A stretch of 64,000 nucleotides of DNA from Luteolibacter sp. (lineage in GTDB: Bacteria; Verrucomicrobiota; Verrucomicrobiia; Verrucomicrobiales; Akkermansiaceae). Of this stretch, positions 30,646-39,722 are shown piece by piece (within the stretch, counting starts at the first letter, position 1; each line of letters begins with the position of its first letter). Both the position numbers and the translations under genes were made by a program. The notes under the pieces are model-generated. The model was not told the DNA's origin. It saw nothing but the letters and a program-made list of their open reading frames with translations, and did no database searches. The stretch is from the NCBI GenBank assembly GCA_964202135.1, contig CAXNHR010000001.1:2795-66794 (forward strand), written 5' to 3'.

Positions 30646-31692
30646 ATGACACCTGATTTCATTCGCGACGCCCTCCGCCAAGTCCGCTACCCCGGATTTT
30701 CCCGGGACATCATTTCCTTCGGCCTCGTCAAGGAGGTCACCTGCGAACCCGGCATGACCACGGTGCGCATCGAGGTGCAGACACGCGACCCCAAGGTGCC
30801 GGAGCAGATTTTCCAAGACTGCCACGCGGTTCTTGATCCGCTGCCGGATGTCGGCACCGTGAAGGTGGAAATCGAAATCAAGGACGCGCCCGCCGCCGCA
30901 GGACTGGCCGGCACCGTCGGAAAATCCAGCATCCCCGGAGTGAAACGCATCGTCGCCGTGGCCTCCGGAAAGGGCGGGGTGGGCAAATCCACCGTCGCCG
31001 CCAACCTCGCCGTCGCCCTTGCCGCCACCGGCGCCAAGGTCGGACTCTGCGATTGCGACCTCTACGGCCCGTCGATGGCCCAGATGTTCGGCGTGAACGA
31101 GCGGCCGATGGCCAATGACCAGGACGAGATCATCCCGCTCGAAGCGCATGGCATCAAGTTGATGTCGATGGGTTTCCTGTTGGAAGACCGCTCGCCGGTA
31201 ATCGTGCGGGGCCCCATGGCCACCCGTTACACCCAGCAGTTCCTCCGCCAGGTGGCATGGGAGGAACTCGATTACCTCATACTCGACCTGCCGCCCGGCA
31301 CCGGCGACATCCAACTCACCATCGTGCAAACCGTCAGCGTGGATGGCGTGGTGATCGTCACCACCCCGCAGGAAGTGGCCTTGATCGATGCGCGCAAGGC
31401 GGTTTCCATGTTCGCCAAGGTGAATGTGCCGGTTCTCGGCCTGATTGAAAACATGGCATGGTTCGAGTGCGATGCCGGAAAAAGATATTATCTCTTCGGC
31501 GAAGGCGGCGGAGTGCGCGAGGCGGAAATCCTCAACGTGCCGCTGCTTGGCCGCATCCCGATCGACATCGCCACCCGCGAGCGGGGTGATGCAGGAACCC
31601 CTGTCGCACTGCTCGAACCGCAACAAAACAAGGTGTCCGCCGCGTTTCATGAAATCGCAGCCGGAATACGGACCCATGTCCCACAGTCCTGA
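30646..31692 (+). CDS. mrp: Mrp/NBP35 (ApbC) Fe-S cluster carrier ATPase
   Basis: ASGKGGVGKST, DLPPGTGD, VTTPQ, GLIENM. Confidence 0.92.
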   Translation: MTPDFIRDALRQVRYPGFSRDIISFGLVKEVTCEPGMTTVRIEVQTRDPKVPEQIFQDCHAVLDPLPDVGTVKVEIEIKDAPAAAGLAGTVGKSSIPGVKRIVAVASGKGGVGKSTVAANLAVALAATGAKVGLCDCDLYGPSMAQMFGVNERPMANDQDEIIPLEAHGIKLMSMGFLLEDRSPVIVRGPMATRYTQQFLRQVAWEELDYLILDLPPGTGDIQLTIVQTVSVDGVVIVTTPQEVALIDARKAVSMFAKVNVPVLGLIENMAWFECDAGKRYYLFGEGGGVREAEILNVPLLGRIPIDIATRERGDAGTPVALLEPQQNKVSAAFHEIAAGIRTHVPQS

Positions 31693-31765
31693 GCATCAAT
31701 CTTGCCTCAGGATCAATGAAAGAAGCACGCATTCTGTCCGCTTCGATCTCAGCAGCTCTGCTCTT

Positions 31766-32007
31766 GATCCCGGCAGGGATCGGAGAGATTAGCCCCGAGT
31801 CGAGGAGCGATAGCGCCGGACACTCGGGGAATGTTGCAACCAGGAAGATCCGGCCCCGGTAGCGGGCCGGAGAGGTCGAGAATCACTTTGGTGTAACCGG
31901 GATTTCTCGCACGCCTTTCAGGGTGCCAATCCAAGGAATCAAGCAACCCGGGGTGGTCGTCGCTATCGCTCCTCGACCCCGGGCTTTTTCTGTAATCCCG
32001 TTGGGAT
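31766..32007. repeat. REPIN-like long inverted repeat with ATCCC-n-GGGAT terminal hairpins
   Basis: agccccgagtcgaggagcgatagcg vs cgctatcgctcctcgaccccgggct; arms about 60 bp. Confidence 0.8.
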
Positions 32008-32206
32008 AAAGATCTTTTGCTTTCTCATTCTCCAATCCTTGAAGGCAATGGTCTGCCAGCCTTGACAGTGCTGGCTAACTGCCTTGTTGGGAACGCGTAT
32101 CAACAGCAGCTGCGGAATGCCTGCATTTCATCAACTATCTGCTTGGCAGTGGAACTTGTCGGGCGCACTGCTGTGGTTGCGCGTCAGTTAGACCGCCGTA
32201 CCCATC

Positions 32207-34573
32207 ATGAAAGCCCCTGAGCCAGCCGCGCCCATTGTGGAGGAACTCGATCACGAGCTGAACGATCACGAGGGCATCCTGCGGGTGGAGAGCCACCCCG
32301 ATCATGCGGTGGTGGCCGTGGAGTTCGATCCCTCCAAGCTGAGCGACAGCGAGGTGCGCTCGCTGCTCAAGGAGCACATCACCGAGGTGGAAAGAGCGAT
32401 CCGCAAGCAAACCTTCCGGCTTGAGGGAAACGCCTGCGAGGCCTGCGCCCAGAAGCTGGAGAAAAAAGTCGGCCGCATCCCCGGCGTGCGCCGCGCCACT
32501 GCCACCTATCTCGGCAGGGTGCTCTCCGTCACCTTCGATTCGGGCGTCGAACCGGAGGATCGGATCGCCGAGGATCTCCGGAAAACCGGGGCCGATATCC
32601 ACCCGCTCGCGCCCCGGTCCACGGAGCGCCGCACATTTTGGCAGAAAACCCGCGCCGGAGATCTCAACGAGGAGATTTCCTGCGGTCTGGGCCTGGCATT
32701 TCTAATCGCCGCGCTGATCGTGGAGAAATCCACGGCTGTCGGCCCGCTGACGCATGTGCTCTACACCGGAGCCTACATTTTCGCCGGCCAGCAGGGCGTG
32801 CGTTCCGCCATCGCCTCGCTGCGTGAAAAGGTGCTCGATGTGGATGTGCTGATGGTGCTCGCCGCAATCGGCGCGGCCTTGATCGGCGCTCCCTTCGAAG
32901 GCGCGCTGCTGCTTTTCCTGTTCAGCTTTTCCAACGTGCTGCAGCGCCATGCGATGGACCGCACTCAACGGGCGATCGAGTCGCTGCTCACACTGCGCCC
33001 CAGCGAGGCCTTGGTCAAACGGGTAGGAGGCAACATCAAGCTGCCGGTCGAGGAGATCGGCATCGGCGAGATTGTCATCGTGCGGCCCGGCGAACAGATC
33101 GCGGTGGACGGCGTGCTGTCCGAGGGAAGCACCAACGTTGACGAGTCCTCTCTAACAGGTGAGTCGATGCCGGTTTCCAAAGCCGTGGGCAGCCCGTTGT
33201 TTGCCGGCACCATCAACCAGAGCGGCGGCATCGAGCTGAAAGTCACCAAGCGCGCCGAGGATTCGACACTGGCCCGCATGGTCAAACTCGTCGCCGAGGC
33301 GCAGGCGGAAAAATCAAAGACCCAGCGTTTCCTCGAACGCGCGGAACAATACTATGCGATGGGCGTCATCGCCTTCACCATCGGTGTGTTCCTCGTGCCA
33401 TTCCTCTTCATGGACGAGGATTTTCCCAAGGCGTTTTACCGCGCGATGACGATCATGGTGGTCGCCTCGCCCTGTGCCTTGATCATTTCCACTCCCGCCA
33501 CCGTTCTGTCAGCCATCGGCGGAGCGGCACGCCGCGGCATCCTCATCAAGGGCGGCTCGCATCTCGAACGCGCCGCGCACATCGACATCGTCGCCATCGA
33601 CAAGACCGGCACCCTCACCGTCGGCAAGCCTTCTCTAACCGAAATTGTCACGACGGGGGGCGTCCACCCGCTTTCCGGCAAGCTGCCGGATGAAGCGCGA
33701 CGCCTGTTGGAAATCGCCGCCGCGCTGGAAGCCCGCTCCGAGCACCCGCTGGCCCACGCCATCGTCGTGAGTGCCGCCGCGCTGGGCATCGAGCCAGCCG
33801 CCGCCATGGATTTCCAATCGACCGCCGGCAAGGGAGCCGAGGCCACGGTTGGCGGGACCCGCCATGTGGTCGGCAGCGAGCGGTTGTTTCGCGAAATCAA
33901 GGCCAGCGGCATGGCAGCCTTGGAACAACACTCCGCCCCGCTGCAGGCGATGGGCAAGACCTGTGTCTGGCTCGGCCTCCGCGATGGCGACTCAGTGAAA
34001 GCCGAAGCCGTGCTCGTCATGGCGGACACCATCCGCCCCGCCGCCCGTGAACTTTCCGCGGAGCTTCACCGGCTGGGCGTGAAAAAAGTCGTGATGCTTA
34101 CCGGCGACCAGCGTCCCGTGGCGGAAGCCATCGCCCGCGAGGCGGCGGTGGATGAGGTGCATGCCGGGCTGCTGCCCGAGGACAAGCTGCAGATCATCCG
34201 CCAACTCAAACTTGAAGGCTCGGTGATGATGGTGGGCGATGGAGTGAACGACGCGCCCGCACTCGCCACCTCCGATCTCGGCGTGGCGATGGGTGCGGCC
34301 GGCACCGATGTGGCCATGGAAACCGCCGACATCGTGCTGATGGGCGACCGCCTGGAAAACATCCCGCTGCTGCTGGCCCACACCCGCCGCGCGCGCCGCG
34401 TCTTGCTTCAAAACCTGATCTTCGCCAGCGCGGTGATCGTCGTGCTGGTGATTTCCGCACTGGGATTCTCGCTGGCCTTGCCGCTCGGAGTGATCGGCCA
34501 CGAGGGCAGCACCGTGCTCGTCTGCCTCAACGGCCTGCGCCTGCTGATGATCGGAAAATCACCCGCGCACTGA
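32207..34573 (+). CDS. Heavy-metal P1B-type ATPase (P1B-4-like)
   Basis: TGES, SPC, DKTGT, HP, GDGVNDAP, HEGST; N-terminal CEAC. Confidence 0.93.
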   Translation: MKAPEPAAPIVEELDHELNDHEGILRVESHPDHAVVAVEFDPSKLSDSEVRSLLKEHITEVERAIRKQTFRLEGNACEACAQKLEKKVGRIPGVRRATATYLGRVLSVTFDSGVEPEDRIAEDLRKTGADIHPLAPRSTERRTFWQKTRAGDLNEEISCGLGLAFLIAALIVEKSTAVGPLTHVLYTGAYIFAGQQGVRSAIASLREKVLDVDVLMVLAAIGAALIGAPFEGALLLFLFSFSNVLQRHAMDRTQRAIESLLTLRPSEALVKRVGGNIKLPVEEIGIGEIVIVRPGEQIAVDGVLSEGSTNVDESSLTGESMPVSKAVGSPLFAGTINQSGGIELKVTKRAEDSTLARMVKLVAEAQAEKSKTQRFLERAEQYYAMGVIAFTIGVFLVPFLFMDEDFPKAFYRAMTIMVVASPCALIISTPATVLSAIGGAARRGILIKGGSHLERAAHIDIVAIDKTGTLTVGKPSLTEIVTTGGVHPLSGKLPDEARRLLEIAAALEARSEHPLAHAIVVSAAALGIEPAAAMDFQSTAGKGAEATVGGTRHVVGSERLFREIKASGMAALEQHSAPLQAMGKTCVWLGLRDGDSVKAEAVLVMADTIRPAARELSAELHRLGVKKVVMLTGDQRPVAEAIAREAAVDEVHAGLLPEDKLQIIRQLKLEGSVMMVGDGVNDAPALATSDLGVAMGAAGTDVAMETADIVLMGDRLENIPLLLAHTRRARRVLLQNLIFASAVIVVLVISALGFSLALPLGVIGHEGSTVLVCLNGLRLLMIGKSPAH

Positions 34574-34689
34574 AGGGCATGCGCATCAGGCTTATATACC
34601 ATTTGCCTCTTGAGTCAGGATGTCTGGTATTGACTCTTATTTCCCCGCTACCCCGGCAAGCGCATCCGGAAACGGCCCGCATCAACGCC

Positions 34690-34800
34690 GCCACCATCAA
34701 TCCCAGCAAACCCGCTGGGTGGATGCTCGTGCCATACTTGGCGTGGGTTTCCTTTGCCGCTTTCCTCAACTACACCTTGTGGCGGATGAACCCGGGGTGA
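34690..34800 (+). pseudogene. C-terminal fragment of a TspO/MBR protein
   Basis: AGWMLVPYLAWVSFAAFLNYTLWRMN; upstream sequence is unrelated. Confidence 0.7.
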
Positions 34801-34877
34801 GAATGAGAGGAGCCGGATCCAAATGTCTTCATGTGGCGACGTTTTCAATATCAGCGGATGAAACGAGCCAACTCACC

Positions 34878-35252
34878 TCATTCTCCCTCCACACCGTCAA
34901 CAATCGCCCTGGCCCGTGAGAGCGAACCGAGATTGAAGGCGTTGGTGTAGCCGAGGCTTTTCAATTTCTTCACGGCGACGCCACTTCGCATTCCGCTCTG
35001 GCAATGCAGCAGCAGCACCTGGTTCCTGTCAGGCATCCGAACCGGCATGGCGGCTACAATCACATTGAGCGGAATGTTGATGGCCGTCGTCAGATGACCG
35101 GAGTTGAACTCACCCGGGCTGCGAACATCAATGACCAGCGCGCCCTGCTTCAGATGCTCCTTTGCGTCGATGGATGAAATCTGTCCGGTCCTCTTGAGCA
35201 TCAGAATGACGGCGAGCGCCGCCGCAATGATGAGAATCGTGGTCCATTTCAT
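34878..35252 (-). CDS. Membrane-anchored rhodanese-like protein
   Basis: TM helix, IDVRSPGEF..GH, HCQSGMRS; own ATG at 35252. Confidence 0.85.
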   Translation of the reverse strand: MKWTTILIIAAALAVILMLKRTGQISSIDAKEHLKQGALVIDVRSPGEFNSGHLTTAINIPLNVIVAAMPVRMPDRNQVLLLHCQSGMRSGVAVKKLKSLGYTNAFNLGSLSRARAIVDGVEGE

Positions 35253-35379
35253 GATTTCAGGTGGCATGTCGCAAATGAGGAAGGATTGCGTGAGGTGTGA
35301 AGCTACCTCAGAAAAGTTCAGGTTGCGAATCGGAATTGATCTTGGGCTTGCCAGACAGCGGACTCTGGCACGGTCTTTA

Positions 35380-35669
35380 CCCGGACCCCATTCGTAGAAC
35401 AGCGACATCGGAATGACACAGCGGCGGTCGTGAAATGCCTCTCGCCACATACCGCCTGCCAGTTTGTCGGAGCGGGCGTTGTTGATCGACGGATTGAAAC
35501 TCCGGTGGAATCCCCAGCGCATGAGCTCCACCCGGCCATCGGCACGCATCACCACACCAGGATCGGACTTGCGCACCAGATTTGAGACCCGCTTTGCAGC
35601 CGCCTCATTGACCTGCTGCGCCAAACCCTTGGCACCGCGTTTCAGGGTGATGCGGTAGGTGTTGCACAT
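35380..35669 (-). pseudogene. N-terminal half of an SOS response-associated peptidase (SRAP/YedK)
   Basis: MC start, MRWG, NNARS, RRCVIP..FYEW, then homology ends; frame runs into the rhodanese gene. Confidence 0.75.
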
Positions 35670-35824
35670 GGGATCATTCTGTCATGGTGCGGGTTCCGTG
35701 TAAGTTTGGGAGGAACCAGACTTCTCCGGTTCTTTGCCTGCGCCAGAAGCAACGGCGGCATTCCCGCTTGCCCTGGTGCGGCTCCAGAATAAATCTCGCC
35801 GCAGCCACTCCCAAATCACAAGCC

Positions 35825-36067
35825 ATGATCTACCTCTACGAAACGGTTCCGGGCACCGAAGGAGACGATGTCACGCGTTACGAAATCAAGCAGAGCATGC
35901 ACGACAAGGCATTCACCCATCACCCTGAAACCGGCGAACCAATCCGCCGGGTGATCGTCGGTGGCATGGGTTTCATCACTGGGAAATCCGCGAACTCAAG
36001 GCCTGCCGTCTCCAGACCATCGCATGGTGGCTGCGGCTGCGGCAGTGGCGGCTGCGGTCACCGCTAG
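35825..36067 (+). CDS. FmdB-like small protein
   Basis: YLYET...YEIKQSM.D...HPETGEPIRRVI.GG, Cys/His-rich tail. Confidence 0.75.
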   Translation: MIYLYETVPGTEGDDVTRYEIKQSMHDKAFTHHPETGEPIRRVIVGGMGFITGKSANSRPAVSRPSHGGCGCGSGGCGHR

Positions 36068-36129
36068 ATCGTCAGCCATGTGCTGCCACCACATTGCCGA
36101 CACCCAGACAAGGCATGGCCGATCCTCTG

Positions 36130-36391
36130 CAAGCTGCTGCAAGTGGGTGCGGTACTCGCCCGGCTCAGCGAGCACGCCCACCACACGCCGTCACTTTTTC
36201 AGACGATGGCCGACACGATGGCCTCGTTCGACACGGACAAGCAGCGGCGCTTGGATGAAACCATCGACAAGCTGCGCGCACGATATGGCCGCAAGGTGGT
36301 GTATTTCGGCAGCGTGCAGGACAGTCGCGAGACCGCACCAATGCGGATTTCCTTGACCCACATTCCGGATTTGGAGCTGGAGCGGGATTGA
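36130..36391 (+). pseudogene. C-terminal fragment of a Y-family DNA polymerase (DinB/ImuB-like)
   Basis: LQVGAVL..L...PSLF...LDETIDKLRARYGRKVVYFG...APMRIS.THIPD. Confidence 0.65.
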
Positions 36392-36534
36392 GGAATCCAC
36401 CCCATCCAGCTTGCCCGGCAGCCCGAACCACCGCTACAACCTCCGCCCACCCTTGCAGCAGCGCCTCCACATCCAGCCAGTATGGGTCTATACCCGGAAA
36501 CCCGCACGCAATCGTGTGCGGAGCCGGATGCTGT

Positions 36535-36699
36535 ATGCGCTGCTGGCAGTCGCCGTGGCTCGACGCGATCCGCGCCACGCTCCCGGGCAGGCTGGTGTTA
36601 GGCACCACCTTCAACTGGCCAGACCTGCCTGCCTACTCTGTGGGGATTGCGCTCGGTGCGTGGATAGAGTGGCGATGGCGGCGAAGATCATCGGAATGA
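36535..36699 (+). pseudogene. C-terminal fragment of a DUF2809-like membrane protein
   Basis: WLDAIRATLPGRLVLGTTFNWPDLPAYSVGI. Confidence 0.6.
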
Positions 36700-37156
36700 C
36701 CACTCGCCCATGAAATTCACGACACCGACGCCATTGTGATGGTCTTCATCGCAAGCCACGCCGGAGTTCCAGCTATGGAGGAGGGATTGTTCTTTCCATC
36801 GCGACTATGCTTCATCGAAGGTCATAGAGATAGAGCAATGCCGCCCATCCGCTGGGAAGCATTTGCGGAGGCTCCCCAAGATCCGCATAGCGCACGGCCA
36901 TCTCCAGCATGAAAAGCGCATGGAAAAACGCCTCCAGAATGGGACACAGGCACACGGCAGGCAGTGGCAGCAGCGGTTTCAAAAACAGGCAGTTAATGCT
37001 GCATTATACACGCGCGCGTGGAAGGCCTACACAGACACCAATCCCGATTATCTGGTTTGGCCATTGCGCGTTCTCAGCATCAAGGGAGTTTGCCCGATGC
37101 CCGCCGCTGCCGGAGGATTGATATTTTCCCGGTTCCGGTAGATGACAGCACTCACC

Positions 37157-37858
37157 ATGAAATCCATATTTGTCCTTACGGGTGCCGGCATTTCCGCGGA
37201 GTCAGGCATTCAGACTTTCCGCGGAATGGACGGGTTGTGGGAGGGACACAGGTTGGAGGACGTGGCGAGTCCCGGAGGATTCCAACGCGACCCCTCAATG
37301 GTTTACCGGTTCTACAACATGCGGCGGCCGAAAATCCGTGATGCCGCACCCAACGCCGCGCACATCGCCTTGGCGAGGCTGGAGCGCGATTTTCCCGGCA
37401 CCGTGACCTTGGTGACCCAGAACATTGACGATCTGCACGAACGTGCCGGAAGCCGCCAGGTCATTCACATGCACGGAGAGGCGATGAAGGCCAGATGCCT
37501 GAAGTGCCAGGCCGTCTCGCCTTGTGAAATCGCTCTTGACGAAACGGATCGCTGCCCCGCCTGCGGGATCGAGGGGACACTCCGGCCGCATGTCGTTTGG
37601 TTCGGTGAAACCCCGCTCTTCATGGAAGAGATCGGCCACGCGCTGATTCAAGCGGATCTGTTCATTGCGCTCGGAACCTCTGGCGTGGTCTATCCAGCCG
37701 CCGGGTTTGCCGCGCTTGCCGCCCGTCATGGCATCCGCACGATCGAAGTCAATCCGGTCACGACGGAAATTTCCCCGCAATTCGACGAGCACATCCGTGG
37801 TCCTGCCACCAAAAAAGTCCCAGCATGGGTGGATGGCATTCTTTCGGTGGCGGAATGA
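37157..37858 (+). CDS. cobB: NAD-dependent protein deacylase (sirtuin)
   Basis: GAGISAESGIQTFR, TQNIDDLHERAG, HMHG, two CxxC, RPHVVWFGE, GTSGVVYPAA. Confidence 0.95.
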   Translation: MKSIFVLTGAGISAESGIQTFRGMDGLWEGHRLEDVASPGGFQRDPSMVYRFYNMRRPKIRDAAPNAAHIALARLERDFPGTVTLVTQNIDDLHERAGSRQVIHMHGEAMKARCLKCQAVSPCEIALDETDRCPACGIEGTLRPHVVWFGETPLFMEEIGHALIQADLFIALGTSGVVYPAAGFAALAARHGIRTIEVNPVTTEISPQFDEHIRGPATKKVPAWVDGILSVAE

Positions 37859-37957
37859 CTTTTTTTGATCTGCGGACGTCTGTCATTTTATGACAACCGC
37901 CGCCGCGAAATGCCGCGAAATGCTCTTGAATACCCGCCTCGGATTCGCCATGGACTC

Positions 37958-38049
37958 CCCGACATCGCGAGAGTCTGTGTGACGAGCACAGACCGGCAAC
38001 CTAGCAGAGACGCCAAGGTGCTACCGGTTCGAAAGAACCGGCATGTGGG
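37958..38049 (+). promoter_or_regulatory. SAM-I-clan riboswitch aptamer
   Basis: P1 cccgacat/atgtggg; atcgcgagag; P2 gtctgtg/cacagac; P3 GGCAACC...AGGTGC; P4 accggttc-gaaa-gaaccgg. Confidence 0.75.
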
Positions 38050-38098
38050 AGCAGGACCGGACAGACCTGCCCAACAAGAGTCTCACCGGAAATTTCCG

Positions 38099-38138
38099 AC
38101 GCCCGCTCTGATGTCATCAGGACGGGCGTTCTGCTTTA
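38099..38138 (+). terminator. Putative riboswitch expression-platform terminator
   Basis: acgcccg-ctctgatgtcatcagga-cgggcgt then tctgcttt. Confidence 0.55.
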
Positions 38139-38179
38139 CCGGGCATCGCGATGTTGTGAATCCAAACCACGACATCACT

Positions 38180-38395
38180 ATGAAAACGCAAGAAATCTCC
38201 CGCCGCCAGAAATCCCGCGGTGCCAATCACCACCTCTGGAACAACCACGGCACTTGGTGGCTTCACTGCACCATCCACCTGCCGGACTTCACCAAATGGC
38301 GGCTGCGGAAAAACCTCCGCACCTCTGACGTGAGAACCGCGCGGCAACTCCGCGACCGAATCCTCGCGGACAAATCCACCGCCCTCGCCGCCTGA
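38180..38395 (+). CDS. Small basic protein resembling integrase arm-type (DUF6538-like) DNA-binding domains
   Basis: 71 aa; NHHLWNNHGTWW...RLRKNLRTSDVRTARQLRDRIL. Confidence 0.7.
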   Translation: MKTQEISRRQKSRGANHHLWNNHGTWWLHCTIHLPDFTKWRLRKNLRTSDVRTARQLRDRILADKSTALAA

Positions 38396-38425
38396 ACACA
38401 AACAAACCTCAATCCATCGCAAATC

Positions 38426-38605
38426 ATGAACACCACATCATCCGCCAAATCCAATCGTTCCTCTACCCGTGCCACAGCCACCACTGGCCCGCTGGTCTTC
38501 CAATACGAGACGCCGAAGGGCCACCGCTATCATGTCGCCGGCCATGCGCTTCCCCTTGAAGACAAAGTGGCGACACTCATGAAGCGAACCGAAGAACGGC
38601 AATCC
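38426..38605 (+). pseudogene. Truncated gene of unknown function ending at a group II intron fragment
   Basis: A/C-rich leader and genome-typical codons up to about 38600; the frame then runs through intron sequence and antisense of the next gene. Confidence 0.45.
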
Positions 38606-38691
38606 GAGAGCCGGATGCGGGAAATCCGCCCGTCCGGTTCGATGAGGGGGAGCAGCGGAGCGGCTCCGCCGCCCGTAGCTCCCTACTCTGC
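38606..38691 (+). mobile_element. Group II intron 3' remnant (domains V-VI only)
   Basis: gagagccggatgcgggaaatccgcccgtccggttcgatgaggggg...ctccctactctgc: canonical DV and DVI. Confidence 0.88.
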
Positions 38692-38710
38692 TGAAAGACC
38701 CCACAGGTTT

Positions 38711-39151
38711 TCACCTTGCCGCCGCTTCCTTGAGGCGGGCGACCGCCTCATTGAGACGCGCACGGGTTTTGGCGAGCTCGGCATCAAGCGCGCCGATCCG
38801 CTCGTCGCGCTGCTTGAGCGCCTGCTCCCATGCCGTGACCTGTTGGCGGGCAGCGGCAAGCTCCGCTTCGAGTTGACCGGCGAGTTGTTGCTTGGCCGCT
38901 AGGTTGCGGGCGGAGGTTTCAGCCGCCAACTGGGTGGCTTCCATCGATTCCTTGAGCACCACGATATCACGCTCCAATGCGGCGCGGCGTTCGGCTTCCT
39001 CCGCCGTCTGCGCGCGTGATTCGGCGAGCTCCTTGCGCAGACCGGCAGTCGCCATGTCGAGCACATGTTCCCTGCGCCATTGCACGACCACCAGGCCGGC
39101 CAGGGCGAGGCAGCCGACGAGATTGATCACTGGCAGCAGGCGGGAATTCAT
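38711..39151 (-). CDS. Membrane-anchored coiled-coil protein, last gene of the TonB operon
   Basis: N-terminal TM, heptad-rich Ala/Glu/Leu; abuts exbD. Confidence 0.75.
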   Translation of the reverse strand: MNSRLLPVINLVGCLALAGLVVVQWRREHVLDMATAGLRKELAESRAQTAEEAERRAALERDIVVLKESMEATQLAAETSARNLAAKQQLAGQLEAELAAARQQVTAWEQALKQRDERIGALDAELAKTRARLNEAVARLKEAAAR

Positions 39152-39568
39152 TCAGTTCCTGGTTTCGAAGCTGACCTTTTCCACGCCTGCGTCGCGCACG
39201 GCATTGAGCACGCCGAGCACCTGCTTGTGGCGGGCCTCCTCGTCGGCGGAAATCAGCACACGGGATTCGGCGGGATTGGCCGCGGCCTTGAGGCGGCCGG
39301 TGATTTCCGAAAGGGTGACGATTTTCTCATCCCAGGTGGTCACGCCATTGGCATCGATGGCGATCTGGAACGGCGGGGACTTCGAATCCGGCACACCGGT
39401 GGAGGCCTCGGGCAGGTTGATCGGCACGCGCTGCATGTGAGTCATGCTCAGGCTCACCAGCATGAAGGCGGCCAGCAGGAAAAACATGATATCAATCAGC
39501 GGCACCACCTCGATGCGCGCTTCGTCGCCTTCGTCGCCGCTGAAATGGCTGTGGAGTTGAACGGGCAT
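39152..39568 (-). CDS. exbD: Biopolymer transporter ExbD
   Basis: IEVVPLIDIMFFLL..FM, ISAD. Confidence 0.92.
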   Translation of the reverse strand: MPVQLHSHFSGDEGDEARIEVVPLIDIMFFLLAAFMLVSLSMTHMQRVPINLPEASTGVPDSKSPPFQIAIDANGVTTWDEKIVTLSEITGRLKAAANPAESRVLISADEEARHKQVLGVLNAVRDAGVEKVSFETRN

Positions 39569-39571
39569 GGG

Positions 39572-39722
39572 AAAGACTCAAGACTTGAAGACGCAAGACG
39601 CAAGAGAAGAACAAGCATGGCAGGGGCTCTGGACTGCCAAACCCGGGGCGTAGGAGTGGTGAATGGAGAGTGACATCTTAATCTTGCGTCTTGGGTCTTG
39701 AAGCGGAGCGGTCTTGCGTCTT
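39572..39722. repeat. Inverted CAAGAC/GTCTTG heptamer arrays between exbB and exbD
   Basis: aagactcaagacttgaagacgcaagacgcaaga ... tcttgcgtcttgggtcttg; one arm overlaps the exbB 3' end. Confidence 0.85.

Noticed and set aside
36700-37140. Short ORFs upstream of cobB
   Set aside because: No recognisable motifs and atypical codon usage; cannot be supported
38426-38902. 158-aa ORF as an intact gene
   Set aside because: Runs through the intron remnant and antisense into the next gene; only the first ~58 codons look genuine
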